Notes under the pieces: generated by a model
The model's database searches: none
What the model was told of the DNA's origin: nothing
Seen by the model: the letters and a program-made list of their open reading frames with translations, nothing else
Source of the DNA: Octopus sinensis
Lineage: Eukaryota
Direction: 5' to 3'
Assembly (NCBI RefSeq): GCF_006345805.1
Contig: NC_043021.1
Span: 15,376,001-15,440,000, forward strand
Length of the DNA stretch: 64,000 bases
Shown here: positions 11,534 to 25,952 of the stretch, one piece after another
Layout: every line of letters begins with the position of its first letter
Numbering within the stretch: position 1 is the stretch's first letter
Translations under genes and position numbers: made by a program

Positions 11534-11980
11534 TACACACACACACACTCGTGCTCTCACACACACACATACTTTTGTGCTCTCACACACACATACACAC
11601 ACACACACACTTGTGCTCACACACACACACACATACTCTCGTGCTCTCACACACACACACACACACATACTCTCGTGCTCTCTCACACGCACATACTCTC
11701 GTGCTCTCTCACACACACACACTCTCGTGCTCACACACACACACTCTCGTGCTCTCACACATACACTCGTGCTCTCTCTCTCTCACACATACACACACAC
11801 ACACACACACTTGTGCTCACATACACTCATGCTCTCTTTCTCTCACACACACACTCGTGTTCTCCTTCTCTCTCTCTCTCTCTCACACACCACACTTGTG
11901 CTCTCCTTCTCGCTCTCTCTCTCTCACACACACACATACACACTCAGGCTCACACACACACACACCCACATACATACTGA
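11330..11980. repeat. (CT)n/(CA)n mosaic minisatellite with recurring CTCGTGCT/CTTGTGCT anchors
   Basis: Direct inspection; source of the long HT/LS-rich pseudo-ORFs. Confidence 0.9.
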
Positions 11981-12339
11981 TACCTATTGTGGGGTCACTA
12001 TCACAATATCAGTCACGTTGCAGTGTAGTTGCATGTTGGTTGCATTAAAAATGTGTTACTGTCTGTGTGTATATGTGTGTGTGCATGCATAACTGTGCAG
12101 TGACATGCATACTGTTGTGCACATGTCAGCTAGTGGCCTGACATGCATGTTCCAGTCAGTTCTGCACTAAACCATGCAGATGCTTACATCTTAGTTGAAA
12201 CGCAATTAATCTCTCCTTCAAAGCATATTTCTTTGACGTTAATTCATTCATTGAAGATGTTTGGTGCGTTTCATTAGCATCACTGATCTGTTATCAGTTT
12301 GATTTCCTTATAAAAAAAATAAATAAAAAAATAAAACAA

Positions 12340-12750
12340 GGCACAGGAGTGGCTGTGTGGTAAGTAGCTTGTCAACCAACCACATGGTTCCGGGTTCAGT
12401 CCCACTGCGTGGCACCTTGGGCAAGAGTCTTCTACTATAGCCTCGGGCCGACCTAAGCCTTGTGAGTGGATTTGGTAGACGGAACCTGAAAGAAGCCCCT
12501 CATATATATGTATATATATATCTATATGCGTGTGTGTGTCTGTGTTTGTCCCCTAGCATTGCTTGACCACCGATGCTGGTGTGTTTACGTCCCCGTCACT
12601 TAGCGGTTCGACAAAAGAGACCGACAGAATAAGTACTGGGCTTATAAAGAATAAGTCCCGGGGTCGATTTGCTCGACTAAAGGCAGTGCTCCAGCATGGC
12701 CGCAGTCAAATGACTGAAACAAGTAAAAGAGAGTAAAAAGAAAGAAAGAG
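12340..12750 (+). mobile_element. SINE family A, full length
   Basis: Consensus match from head to AAGAGT tail. Confidence 0.92.
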
Positions 12751-12751
12751 G

Positions 12752-13310
12752 TATGGTCAGGTGGTTAAGAAGCTTGCTTCCCAACCACATGGTTCTAGGT
12801 TCAGTCCCACTATGTGGCACCTTGGGCAAGTGTTTTCTACTATAGTCCTGTGCCAAGCAATGCCTTGTGAGTAAAATTTGTGGACAGAAACTGCATGGAA
12901 GCTTGTTGTGTGTGCGAGTGTGTATGTGTGTACCTGTGTTTGTTCTCCCCACCACATAACCTCCGGTGTTGGTTTGTTTACATCCCTGTAACAGCAGTTC
13001 AGCCAAAGAGACCAACAGAATGAATACCTATTTCTTTACTACCCACAAGGGGCTAAACACAGAGGGGACAAACAAGGACAGACATAGGTATTAAGTCGAT
13101 TACATCGACCCCAGTGCGTAGCTGGTACTTAATTTATCGACCCCGAAAGGATGAAAGGCAAAGTCGACCTCGGTGGAATTTGAACTCAGAACATAATGGC
13201 AGACGAATGAATACCAGATATCAAAAATAAGTGCTGAGGTCAATTTGTTCAACTAAACCCCTTGCGGTGGGGTCCCAGCATGGCCACAGTGCAGTAACTA
13301 AAACAAACAA
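12752..13310 (+). mobile_element. Older degenerate SINE A, split by a SINE B insertion
   Basis: Head at 12752-12900, body resumes after 13215 (...AAAAATAAGTGCTGAGGTCAATTTG...CAGCATGGCCACAG). Confidence 0.7.
13029..13204 (-). mobile_element. 5'-truncated SINE B with 11-bp TSD
   Basis: TSD GAATGAATACC at 13018-13028 and 13205-13215. Confidence 0.88.
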
Positions 13311-13493
13311 AAAAGAAAATAATAAAAGTTTTTGTACCTCATTCATTCCAATTTAAGGTGTGTTTTGTTTATTTTGACCTAACCAAGTTCTACACCCGAG
13401 TAGTGTGCTCAATAAGTCAAGAAATTCAATCCAAGTGCACAGTCTACCAAGGGACTACACACCCTTCTCAGTGAACAGCTACTTCATGTAAAT

Positions 13494-13546
<53 letters not shown>

Positions 13547-13667
13547 AAGGGAGAGAGAGAAATATTAAATGTAGGAATTGCTATAATGAGTGAAGCTTTG
13601 CAGAGCAGAAAAACTTCAATCATGTTTTTGCTATTGTTAACACTTTTATGGACTAAATATACAGAGT

Positions 13668-13824
13668 GGTGTAGGAGTGGCTGTGTGGTAAGTAGCTTGC
13701 CTACCAACCACATGGTCCTAGGTTCAGTCCCACTGCATGGCACCTTGGTCAAGTGTCCTATGCTATAGCCTCACGCCAACCAAAGCCTTGTGAGTGGATT
13801 TGGTAGACGGAAACTGAAAGAAGC

Positions 13825-13918
<94 letters not shown>

Positions 13919-14060
13919 TTACGTCTCTCTAACTTAGCGGTTTGGCAAAAGAGACCGATAGAATAAGTACTAGGCTTACAAAGAATAAGATCTGGGGTCA
14001 ATTTGCTCGACTAAAGGTGGTGCTCCAGCATGGCTGCAGTCAAATGACTGAAAAAAAATA
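13668..14060 (+). mobile_element. SINE family A with expanded internal (TA)n(TG)n
   Basis: Consensus match; ~90-bp internal tract replaces part of the body. Confidence 0.88.
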
Positions 14061-14084
14061 TAAGAAAGTGTGTATGCGTATGGC

Positions 14085-14315
14085 CAAATGGCTTTGTGGT
14101 TAGGGTGTTGCTCTCACAATTTAGCAATCGTGATTTCAGTTCCTGGTCTGGGTGGTGCGTTGTGTTCTTGAGTAGAACACTTCATCTCATATTGCTCTGC
14201 TATCACTTCAACTCCTGACATGTGGCACACCGTGCACCTGTTCAGACAACATCCTTTTGATGGAGGGGAGTGAGCTAATGTGCGGCACATACATTTGTTC
14301 ACTCTAAATTAATCA
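14085..14315 (+). mobile_element. SINE family D with alternative tail (shared with ~55460-55830)
   Basis: GTGGTTAGGGTGTTG head, TTCTTGAGTAGAACAC core, CACCTGTTCAGACAAC...GAGCTAATGTG tail. Confidence 0.65.
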
Positions 14316-14379
14316 CCACCTGTACAGGTTTTTCGGCAAAGACTGAACACTTACATGTCATCTTTGACAAGAGATTCCA

Positions 14380-14556
14380 TATATATATGTATGTATGTGT
14401 GTATATATATGTATGTATGTATGTATATGTATGTATATATATGTATGTATGTATATATAATGTATATATATGTATATATAATGTATATATATGTATATAT
14501 AATGTATATATATGTATATATAATGTATATATATATGTATATATAATGTGTATATG

Positions 14557-14615
<59 letters not shown>

Positions 14616-14633
14616 ATAATGTGTGTGTGTGTG

Positions 14634-14667
<34 letters not shown>

Positions 14668-14668
14668 T
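14380..14668. repeat. (TA/TG) compound microsatellite with TATATAATG higher-order unit
   Basis: Direct inspection. Confidence 0.9.
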
Positions 14669-14939
14669 GTGATCATCATTTAGTGGTCCATGTTCCATGT
14701 AGGTATGGGTTGGACAGTTTGACAGGGCCTGGTGGGTCAAAGGACATGATTTCTATAGCCCAATGCCCTTCATAATACTGTCCACTTCACAGAGTGTCCA
14801 GAGTGCATTTTGTCAAAACACTGGCTCCAGAAAGGTTGTTACGTCATCAACAAGACAAAAGGGTCCTCGCAATCCTACACTTTATAAACTTGTGTGTGTG
14901 TATTTACCAAAAAGAGGATCAAATGGATCTTTTTGGGCT

Positions 14940-15140
14940 CGTAAGGCTGGTTTCCTGGATTCTTCACTGTATATATTCTTCCTTCCTGGATGGGAAGGTA
15001 GTCCACTGCAGGTTTACTCACTTTTGCCAGCTGAGTGGACGTGAAATGAAGTGTTTTGCTCATGGACACAATGCATTGTACAGTCCAGGAGTCAAAAGCA
15101 CAATCTTACATTCATGGGTTCAGCACCCTAATCACTAAGC
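14940..15140 (-). mobile_element. SINE family D (tail type also at ~19050-19270, ~32745-32960, ~58050-58270, ~61440-61660)
   Basis: CAGCTGAGTGGAC...GAAATGAAGTGTTTTGCTCA...CCCTAATCACTA is the reverse complement of the D head/core. Confidence 0.7.
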
Positions 15141-16379
15141 CACAAACCTCCACACACACACACACACATATAAGAGAAATAGTATGTGTATACCAGTGTA
15201 AACATTGTCTTGTTGTGACCCTTTATGACAAAAGAAAAAAATCTTAGCCATTCAATAGATAGATATGGATAAAATGAAACCAAACCGGAATAAGTGCTGG
15301 GTGATGGTCGGGGCTATATTATGAAGGGAAATAAGAAACCTTTAAAGTCATTGCTCCAGCATGGTCACAGTCTGGTGACTGAAGCTATTAGAAGAGAATA
15401 TGAATGATAATGTCTTTCTGGTTCATACAACACCACCAGACATCATCATCATCATGTTTTAATTGATGAGTGATTTTATTAGTTTGCTACAGTATTGATT
15501 ATAAATCTTCCAATGACATACTTTATTATTGTGATTTTGTATTGTACCAGTTTATAAATAGCAGTGCTGCAACACAGAGATTTCCTGGCTACAATGGGAA
15601 CGGCAGTAGTCTTGCACCTCTGTTCACCTCTGCCATCATGGAGCTTGTACGTGGTTGCTCAACTTGGCTGAAATAGCAGCCAAATATCTCACTGATAACA
15701 TTACTAACATGTGACCTCTTTTGGTACTGACCTACCTGCGTCTGCCTCTGTCTTTCGGATGAAAATAATTGTTTTAAAATGTTTGAATTCACTGCCATGT
15801 ATAAATCACAGTATTTTATTATTGATTTTTAAATGAGAGAAACTGAAGTGCAACTTATACGCAGGGCAGAGCTAAAACTATAAAGGAAAAAAAAAAAGCA
15901 TTTTGTATCGTGATTTAGCACTAAATTAGGGGTATGGCTTATACACGGATAAATTTGGTAAATTAAAATTCCTTCAAAATTTTATACAAGATGTATAGTT
16001 ATCCATTTCTTAACGCCTGATATCAAGTCACGAGGCTGAACCCCCTTGGTTCTGTGTTGAAAACCTCCTGTTTTAAAGTGACCTACATTAAAACCTGCCA
16101 TCAAAGTTTTATATTACTCTATGTTCAAAAAACCAGTTTAAAAATGAGACAAAATTTTTTTTACTAAATTCTTCATTTTCAAATTAATAGAAACAAAGGC
16201 TGTGTATTTCTATAGAAATATGGCAACAAAATGGTTTAAGAGGTAAACTTTGTAAACCGTTTGATGCCAACCACCTGAGACTGCTGCTGGTTCTATGATA
16301 GAAACTTCCCTGTTTTAAGGTTGTCTAAATTAAAACCTTCCATGAAAATTTCATCATTTACAAATTTTTTTCACAAGGC

Positions 16380-16965
16380 CAGTTAATTCAAAGAAGAGAG
16401 GAAGTTAGTTACATCGACACCAGTGTTCAGCTGGTATTTATTTTATTGGCCCTGAAAGGAAACGAAAGACAAACTCAATCTGGGCAGAATTTGAAGTTGG
16501 ACTGTAAAGATGGACAAAATGCTGCTAAGCATTTTGCCCTGCATGGTAGCAATTCTGCCAGCCTGTTGTCTTATACCAGTTTAATATTGGTTTCAAACAA
16601 GGTGGTGAGCTTTCAGAAACATTAGCATTTCGTCTGTCTTTATGTTCTGAGGTTGACTTTGCCTTTCATCCTTTCGGTGTCGATAAATTAAATACCAGTT
16701 GTGTACTGGGGGTCGATCTAATCGACTGGCCTCCTCCCCCAAAATGTTGGGCCTTGTGCTGAGACTAGAAAAGAATATTGGTTTCAAATTTTGGCACAAG
16801 GCCAGCAGGTTTGGAGGAGAGGCTAAGTCGATTAAATCAACCCCAGTGTTCAACTGGAAGGATGAAAGAGAAAGTCGACTTTGGCAGAATTTGAACCAAG
16901 GATGTACCAAATGCTGCTGAGGATGTTGCTTGGTTGCTAATAATTCTGCCAGCTTGCCACCTTCC
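16380..16965. mobile_element. Three degenerate SINE B copies in alternating orientation (-,+,-)
   Basis: B core motif in both orientations at ~16380-16570, ~16602-16790, ~16790-16965. Confidence 0.65.
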
Positions 16966-17075
16966 ATCATTTTGATATTGACAAAGTTGTTTTACTAAAT
17001 TCTTCTTTATTTCCAAAGTGATAGCAATGAAGTTGGTATAAAATGGCTGGTGATGGAAAGAAAGGGCCTCCAGCC

Positions 17076-17110
<35 letters not shown>

Positions 17111-17584
17111 AGACTAAGTCATAAGAAATCTCTGATACACAATCAATGAAGATTGGGGATTTTCTCTGCTGTGTGTGCATGTGAGGGCCAGATGATGAAA
17201 TATCACAATAGGAGGAGAGATGCTGTGAGAGCCTTCCTACTCGTACAAGCTGTTGAAGGTGGGGTATGAAATGATGATTATATTGATAAAAAGTCCTCTG
17301 CAGAGAAGAGAAACCGATTGTGAAACAAAGTCTTGAAAGCCGTAAATAATAGAATTCCTGTCCTTCTTGTAGATGATATAACGCTGGGAAGATAGTGGTT
17401 AGTGAGGGATGAGGAGGAGGGTGTTAACAAGAAAAAAGAAAAAGCCAAAGAAAAGAAAAAAAATGTTTTGTTTCGTTCCTTTTGATAGTTTATTTTGTAT
17501 AATCATCTCCTTTGGTAAGCTGTCACTTCCAGTAACTGCTGTGGGGAAGTGAATAAATCTGATAAAATAAGAAAATAGAAACCA

Positions 17585-17619
17585 TATATATATATACACA
17601 CACACACACACGCGTGTGT

Positions 17620-17664
<45 letters not shown>

Positions 17665-17683
17665 CATACATGTGTATGTAGAC

Positions 17684-17745
<62 letters not shown>

Positions 17746-18090
17746 GTGTGTGTATACATGTATATATATATATTATATATATATATATATGTATGTGTAT
17801 ATATATATTATGTATGTATGTGTATATATATGTATGTATGTGTAATATATATATATATGTATGTATGTATATATATATATATATGTATGTATGTGTATAT
17901 ATACATATGTATGTATGTGTGCGTGTGTGTGTGTATATATATGTATGTATGTGTATACATACATATGTATGTATGTGTGCGTGTGTGTGTATATATATAT
18001 ATGTATGTAAGTATGCATATTTGTATATGTATGTATGTGTTTGCATATATATGTGTGTGTGTATTTTGTGTATGTACATATATCTACGTA
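17585..18090. repeat. Compound (TA)n/(TG)n/(TATG)n microsatellite
   Basis: Direct inspection. Confidence 0.9.
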
Positions 18091-19479
18091 TGTGTGTCTT
18101 CACCCATCTGTTATCCTCCATACTCATCATACGTTCAGACCAAGATAGACTTCATTAAATATCGTTGTCAGCGGTGAATGGTGGTGCGTAGGGGGGGAGT
18201 CATTGCCCTGGCTATAAGCGTGTCCACCACAACCACAACCACCACTACCACCACCTAGACTAGCGAGATTGATGCCGTTCTCTTTGTGTGTCTGCATGAT
18301 GCGTTTGTGTGTTAGTAATGTGTTAAGCAAAAATACTCCCAGTTAACCCCCACTCTCCCACACTTTATGGAAGAAGTTGGGGCCCCATTTGATTAAATAG
18401 AAATCATAAAAAAAAAGCAACAGACTAACAGTACCAGGTTTAGTATAATCGATATGAAAGCTTTGAAGGCAGTGCCCCAGCATGGCCACAGCCGAAAGAC
18501 TAAAACCAGTCAGAGAAAGGAATATGTAAGGCTAACAGATTTTAATTTTTCAGTTAGAATTTCTCCTTTTTTCTCCCTCCCATCAGCTTTTTGTCTTTTT
18601 TTTTTTTTTTTTTATCGCAGACCCCCATCTAAGGATTTGGTTCGCTGGACTAATGCAAAATTTTACTTTATAAAACTTTCTAAACTTTATATAATGGTTA
18701 AAACTGCCTTCTGGCACACATGCAGTATGTGTGTGACATTGCATACCAATGTGACTGCAATTTCTTTCTTTTTCTTTTTTTTTTTTTACTTTTGTTTTTG
18801 TGCCTTTTGAGGTCACTGAATTTTCATTAATGTTGTCATTGTCAGACACACAATATCATCTTTTCTGTCTGTCTGGCTCTGTCTCTCACACACACACACA
18901 CACACACACTCACACTCACGTGTGTGGATGCTCATCCCTGTCCAGACTTTTACTTCTTCAGCCACTGGTTGATTCTAGAGGAAAGACAGCAACTGTATGA
19001 AAACTAACATAATATGTATAGAATAAAGGACGAAGCTCTTTTCCAAGACACATGGACCCATAGGACAGGTTTCCTGGATTCTTTGGTTTTATATGCTCCA
19101 CCTCCGGATGGGATGCTGGCCCATCGCAGGAATACTCATATTTGCTCACTGAATGGACGAGAGCAATGTGAAATGAAGTGTTTTGCTCAAGAACACAATG
19201 TATTGCCTAGGCCACAAACTGAAACCATAATCTTGCAATTTTAAGTCCAACACTAAGCTCTGAGCTATGCACTTCCACTATGTGTGTGTGTGTGTGTGTG
19301 TGTGTGTCTGTCTGTCTTTCACTGGTGTGACATGAGAATTGACAAAACCAGGAACTTCCAAGGCCTCAGGTTTTAATTTGGAGATTTCCTTCTCCTAGGT
19401 AGATTACCGACCAAGGTTAAAGAGCTTCTACCTGCCCATGAGTTAGGCTACCCTGTGCCAGACATCAAACCAACACCCA

Positions 19480-19760
19480 AACGCTCCACAGAGTGATTAA
19501 ATATCATTTCGGTGTCCGATGTGGAGCAGCTCACACATGCATAAAGAAATCTAACAGAGGCCTCGAAAGACATTTTAGGATGTACAAAGATCAGAACTTA
19601 ACTGCAGCTCTTGGTGGTCCAAATCGGATATGCAATCTACGTGGGTGTCTTTTCAATACATTGTCTGGTTTAAAAAGCCACATCGGATGCCATGATGAAA
19701 CTAAGGTGTAAGTACAAGAGATGGTTAGACTCTGCATAAGGAGTAGACAGCCACCATGCA
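19480..19760 (+). mobile_element. Decayed RTE-type LINE 3' end with Cys/His motif and (CATG)n/(TATG)n tail
   Basis: ...RICNLRGCLFNTLSGLKSHIGCH resembles the C-terminal C..C...F...GL.SH...H motif of RTE ORF2; short 3'UTR runs into a tetranucleotide tail. Confidence 0.55.
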
Positions 19761-19859
19761 TGCATGCATGCATGCATGTATGTATGTATGTATGTATGTA
19801 TGGTATGTATGTATGTATGTATGTATGTATGTATGTATGTATGTATGTGTCTGTCTGTC

Positions 19860-19901
<42 letters not shown>

Positions 19902-22900
19902 GAGATAAATAGACAGATAAATAAACACATACACACACACAAACATGTAGAGGCCCATGGCCTAGTAGTTAGTGTTGAGCTCCTGATCATGACCACTAAG
20001 CCATGCACCTCCACAACATATCTATCTATCTATCTATCTGTCTGTCTATCTATCAACTTTGTGTGTGTGTGTGTGTGTGTACATGTATATATATATGTAT
20101 GTATATATAGAAAGTACACACACACACACACACATATATATGAAATATGTACTTTCTCTCAAGTTCACTTTCCTCTTTATGAACTACACAACATGCCAAA
20201 AAAGATTCTCAGTTCTTAAAATAAAACCACTGTCTTTCACAGCTCACTTGATATCTTCATTGTTTTTTCCTGTAAACTGATCCTCTACACTGTAATAATA
20301 AGATTTCGTGATAACTTACTGCGAAGGGGTGTGAGGTAATGAATGTGCTTATTTCACTCGCATCTTCAGTTGCCTCTAATATAATACAACCTCTTTCACG
20401 TAACCGGTTCACAGGAAAAACCCCACCCTGTTTTTTCTCGAAGAATGCTCCTGCTTATTACAACGGCTGTAAGAAATCTATGGATAGTGAGATGTCCTAC
20501 GGTCCAAATCAATTTAGACATGCAAAGCTGTAACTGTAGCTTATAAGCGGTTGTACTTTTGAGAAATAACATTCCAGATAGCTTGCTATGAAATTACAAA
20601 ATGTATTTATTGTATTGCCGAGTGATGCATACACTCCTGTACGTGTATACATGCATGCCTCTGTGTATGTGTGTGTCTTTGGAGAGAGAGAGATAAAGAT
20701 AGGCATGGCTGTGTTGTTGAGAAGTCTTATTGGTGTCTGTCTCACTGTGTGGAACCTTGAGCAAGTGTTTTTCCATTAGAACCCTGGACTGATCAAAGCC
20801 TTGTGAGTGGATTTGGTAGATGAAACCTGAAAGAAGCCTCTGTGTGTGCATTCTTTTATAAAGTGGTTGGCATATTAGCAAGGGCATCCAGCTGTAGAAA
20901 CCATGCCACAACTGACAACTGGAGCCTGGACAGCTCTCCAGCTGGCCAGCTTCTATCAAACCATCCAACCCATGCCAGCATGGAAAACGTTATAATGGTA
21001 TATATATATGTATGTGTGTGTGTATGTGTATATATATTTCATCATCATCATTGTTTAACGTCCGTTTTCTGTGCTAGCACGGGTTGGACGGTTTGACCAG
21101 GGTCTGGGAAGCCAGGAGGCTGCACCAGGCTCCAGTGTGGCGGTCCCTGCAGTACTCTTTTGCCACAACTTTCTCTCACTCTTTCTTCTGTTGGCCTGCT
21201 CACTTAGCCAGCGGGGTGGCGTCATTTGAAGGCTAAAACAATGCGAAGCACGTTGTGACCAGCGATGTGTAGCAACATCTGATAGCCTGGTCGCCCACGT
21301 GATATATATATTACGTGTATATGTATGTATGTGTAAATGTGATTCTGTGTACCTTATCATGACATAATATAATGGTTGCAAGCAAGCGTCACTGTCATAC
21401 ATGCAGTGTTGCTTGTTTCCAATCTTCCTTGAAAATATGCCCAGCTGAGAGGAAATATTACCTTACAAGTGAGGGTTGGTGGCAGGAAGGGCACCTGGCC
21501 ATAGAAAATCTGCCTTAACAAATTCCATTTGATCTATGTAAGCGTGGACATGTAGACATTATAATGATGATGAAATGATTGTGTGTGTATGTGTAAGAAT
21601 CATATTGATGGCTGTTAAGGATGTGGCAAGAGAAATTCATTAAAACACCTGTCAGATAAATCAACTCTGGCTGTAACATTAAGAAGATATAATATCTATT
21701 TAAATCACATTTTCTCCATAACATGTTATGAGCCTGATATCTGATTTCTGTCTATCATGACAGGAAAGTATTCCTTCTTTGTGATGAAGTGATGAGCAGT
21801 AACAAAAATCTGCAGCCTTTATTTTATTTGCTGGGTCTGGAGAAAGGGACAGTGTCCATGCCCTTCAGTAGTCCAGTCATCAGGACAGTAGAATGTATTT
21901 CTTCTACAAGAAATGAAAGAAGGACCAGATGCTCCAATTAGGTGAAATGGGAACTGTGTAAACCATGATGGTCAAGTGTAAACCATGATGGTGGAGGTAA
22001 GGTGGTGAGCTGGTAGAATCGTTAAAATGTCAGGCAAAATGAAATGCTTAGCAATATTTCATTTGTCTTTACATTCTGAGTTCAAATTCTGCCAAGGTCA
22101 ACTTTGCCTTTTCTCCTTTTGATTGAAAGGAGTACCAGTTGAGTACTGGGGTTGATATAATTGACTGACTCTTCCCCCCAAAAGTGCTGGCCTTGTGCCA
22201 AAATTTAAAACCAATATATGGTGGAGGTGATGCATGCATTCACTACCTCTGCCCAACCTTTCCGATACCTTCCTTGTAGCCCTTTTTTTAAGATGAGCTT
22301 AGCCACTTGGCTTGTAACCGCATCCCTCTAGGGGTCTGGCTAGAACCAGCCTTCAAGCATTTTAATCAGGTAATCGGTTGAGTGCCTCGACTGCTGAATG
22401 GAAATAAATGCTTAAGTAATCAAAATCTTGGATGTAAATGCAGTTCTAATTTAGCTGCGATTTTGCCGAGTGTATAACTAAAATGACAACCATTGCCATG
22501 CTTACTCAGAGAGGAATGCAAAGAAAATACAAATAAAATTCATATAAATTTCATCCACTTTGGAAATTGTGTGCAAAGCTGAAGTTATTGGCTGAGAATA
22601 GAATATATAAAAATGATTGTTGTTGTTCATATGTGGCTTAATCTTCCAAAAGAGTGGGTTGAAGTTTGATCAGATACAATTTCATAGTTTTTTTTTTGTT
22701 TTTTCCTCCCCTGTGCATATTTTTTTGTTTTTGTGTTGTTGAGGAATCTATGAAAGTCATTTGAAATTATTTTAGTTATTTTGACAAGTCTTGTCAGTAT
22801 TGTAAGCTAAACTGGTAAGGAATTTTCAAATTGAAGTGACTGAACCGTAAGTGCTGAGCTGTTATTTTAATCAATTCCGAAACATGAAGTTTCTAAGTTT

Positions 22901-23208
22901 GATATTGTTTTTGTTAAATTATTATTATTATTTTTTTATGTTTGTGTTTATAGGGTTTATACGAGGTACTTTGTTATAATTTATCTCTGGCGCTGTGGAA
23001 TAAAATGCTCTGTAGTATTATATTATGCTTGTGTTCTGCGTTCAAATTTTGCTGGCAATCTTTCCTCTCATCTTTCCAGGATTGATGAAATAAATATTAA
23101 TGACTTGTAGAGATGTGGTATTTTGTTATGCAATCATAATCTGTATATATAAAATTCACTGTGTGTGTGTGTGTATGTATGTTTCCTCTATGCAAGGCTA
23201 AACCACTG

Positions 23209-23497
23209 GACCAGGAGAATGCATCTACGAAGCAATTGCCCCAGTTCCCCTTCAGAGTTGGCAAAAGCGATGTGGTGGACAACAAAAAACCTGGCTGATG
23301 ACGGTCAAGGCTGATCTGGAACCCAACCTAGGCCCCTATATCTATGGCGTTCGCTGCTGGAATAGTGATTAGAGATCACGCGGTCGTTAGCCTCAAATCG
23401 CCAGGTCTGGTCGGCGTTTGTGAGAGATGCAGAATTGAGGATGAATGAATGCAAACCCGGGTGAATGCTGTCTCAAGTCAAGTCAAGTCAAGTCAAG
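23209..23497 (+). mobile_element. 5'-truncated LINE (RTE-like) 3' end with (CAAGT)n tail
   Basis: Encodes decayed ...KTWLMTVKADLEPNLGP.IYG.RCWN...ASNRQVWSAFVRDA; homologous to 50961-51320. Confidence 0.8.
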
Positions 23498-24376
23498 ACT
23501 GGATCAATCCATACCAAATTTGGCATGAAGGTTTTTCATTACTCAGAGAAGGTTCTAGTATACTATAAAATTACAAAATGATTTTATGAGTCCATACTGT
23601 ATCCTACTGTGTTAGCAGTGCACTGGCTATAATTTCTATAGAATATTTGTAGAGATAACCTTAACAAGTGATGAAATAAATACCTGTCAAGTACTGAGTT
23701 GAAAATATGCTGAGGTTAACTTTACTTTTCATCCTTTCACGGTTGATGAAGTACCATTTGAACATTGGAGTTGATGTAATTGACTAGGTCCCTCTCCCAA
23801 AAGTTCAGCCCTTGTGCATGTAATAGAAAGGTTTATAACTGAAGATGGTCAGCTGGCAGAATCCTTAGCATGATGGACAAAATGTTCAGCGGCATTTCTT
23901 CCAATTTTATGTTCCAAGTTCCAAATCAGGGAGTCAATTTTACCTTTCATTCTTTGAGGATCCTTTTTACTATCGGACTTGTGCCGATAATAGAAAGGAT
24001 TGTTATTAAAGGTGGCAGGCTGGCTGGCAGAATTGTTAGGATATTGGACAAATTGTTTAGTGGCATTTCCTTTGGTTCTTTATATTCTGTGCTCAATTCC
24101 CTGTAATCGACTTTGCTTTCCAACCTTCAAGGTTAATGAAATTAATACCAGTTGAGCTCTAAGATTGATGTAATCAATCCCACCCCATCAAAAAAAAATT
24201 GCTGGCCTTCTACCAAAATTAGGAAGGATTGTTATTTTTATAAAGGTGTCAAGTTAGCAGATTCATTAACATATTGGACGAAATGCTTAGCGGCATGTCT
24301 TCCAGTTCTTCACTTCTTGAGTTCAGATGCCACTGAGGTCAACTGTCATCCTTTCGAAGTTAATAAAATTAGTACC

Positions 24377-24607
24377 TATTTCTTTATTACCCACAAGGGG
24401 CTAAACATAGAGGGGACAAACAAGGACAGACATAGGTATTAAGTCGATTACATCGACCCCAGTGCGTAACTGGTACTTGATTTATCGACCCCGAAAGGAT
24501 GAAAGGCAAAGTCGACCTCAGCGGAATTTGAACTCACAACGTTGCGCCAGACGAAATACCGCTAAGCATTTCGCCCGGCACGCTAACGTTTCTGCCAGCT
24601 CGCCGCC
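24377..24607 (-). mobile_element. Young full-length SINE B nested in an older, oppositely oriented SINE B; 17-bp TSD
   Basis: TSD TTAATAAAATTAGTACC at 24360-24376 and 24608-24624; host runs ~24241-24715 on +. Confidence 0.9.
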
Positions 24608-25614
24608 TTAATAAAATTAGTACCAGTTGAGCTCTGGGGTCAATGCAGTCTACTTCTCCCTCCCCTCAAAATTATTGGTCTTGTGCCAAAATTACAGTTT
24701 GGAGCTAACTGGGGGTTCAACAACTTCATATTTACTCAGGTGTTCTTTATGATAGTTTATCTATGTTCAGTGGTGGTGCCCCAGCAGGGCCACAGCTCAC
24801 AGGTCGAAACAGGTAAAAGAGTAAGAGTATGTTTCCTGGTAGAAGAGGGATTAATACACCCCCCCTCCTTTTTTAGTTCCATATGGCCACCAGCATCACC
24901 TTATTTACTAGGCAGCTTTCCAGAAGACCTTCAATAAATAACTCCCTTTCACCAATGTTGTTGCTGCTATCTTCCCTATCAAACTGGAATACTCTTTGAT
25001 AAATAAAAAAAAGTTTGCCTGATGGTGATTAGCTCATTTGAGAAACTTGATGAATTTGACAAAAATGGTTTCTTTCCTGGATGGTGATGGGGAGTATGTT
25101 ATTTGCTATTTAAATATCGCCACCCTTTGTATGTTGTAACAAATTTGTCTCCTGATATTTTAGATGTGGGAGGCATCAATGGAAAGCGGTTAAGCAGAGA
25201 AACAAACTAATGACTGTTGCTGTGTTCATGTCTAAAATGTTGAAATTTGAGTTGACGAAGGGCTTCCCCTTTAGTTGCTCAATTTGCTAGTAACAGTAGA
25301 TTTGTACTTCTTTGAAATTAATGAAGTCTCAAAACTTCTGGAATGCACCTTGTATGTCTTCCTTGTGTTGTAGTGATAATGATACTAAGAAGAATGTGAT
25401 AGAAAAAAATAAAGCCAATCCCGAGATTTTGAGGCAGTTTATTCAAGTGTTGGTGGGTTAATCCAGAGAATGGTATTTTATCTATCAAAGAATGATAGTC
25501 TAATGATTTGTAATGACAACGGTATGTAGTGGCTGTTAGGAAGTATGATTTTTATATTTTTGTTTATTTTATTCTCTACTTTTATTTTTTAAATGTTTTG
25601 TTTATTCTATTTTA

Positions 25615-25860
25615 TATATATATATATATATATGTATATGTGTATATATGTATATGTGTGTGTGTGTATATATGTATATGTGTGTGTGTGTATATATGTA
25701 TATGTGTGTGTGTGTATGTATATATATGTGTGTGTGTATGTATATATATGTGTATGTGTGTATATATGTATATGTGTGTGTGTGTATGTATATATATGTG
25801 TGTATATATATGTATATGTGTGTATGTATATATATGTGTGTATGTATATATATATGTGTG

Positions 25861-25945
<85 letters not shown>

Positions 25946-25952
25946 ATATATG
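25615..25952. repeat. Compound (TA)n/(TG)n microsatellite
   Basis: Direct inspection. Confidence 0.9.

Noticed and set aside
15470-15798. Short ORFs on both strands with ordinary composition
   Set aside because: The core (GAGATATTTGGCTGCTATTTC...) appears related to the dispersed repeat at ~2860-3030; no coherent exon.
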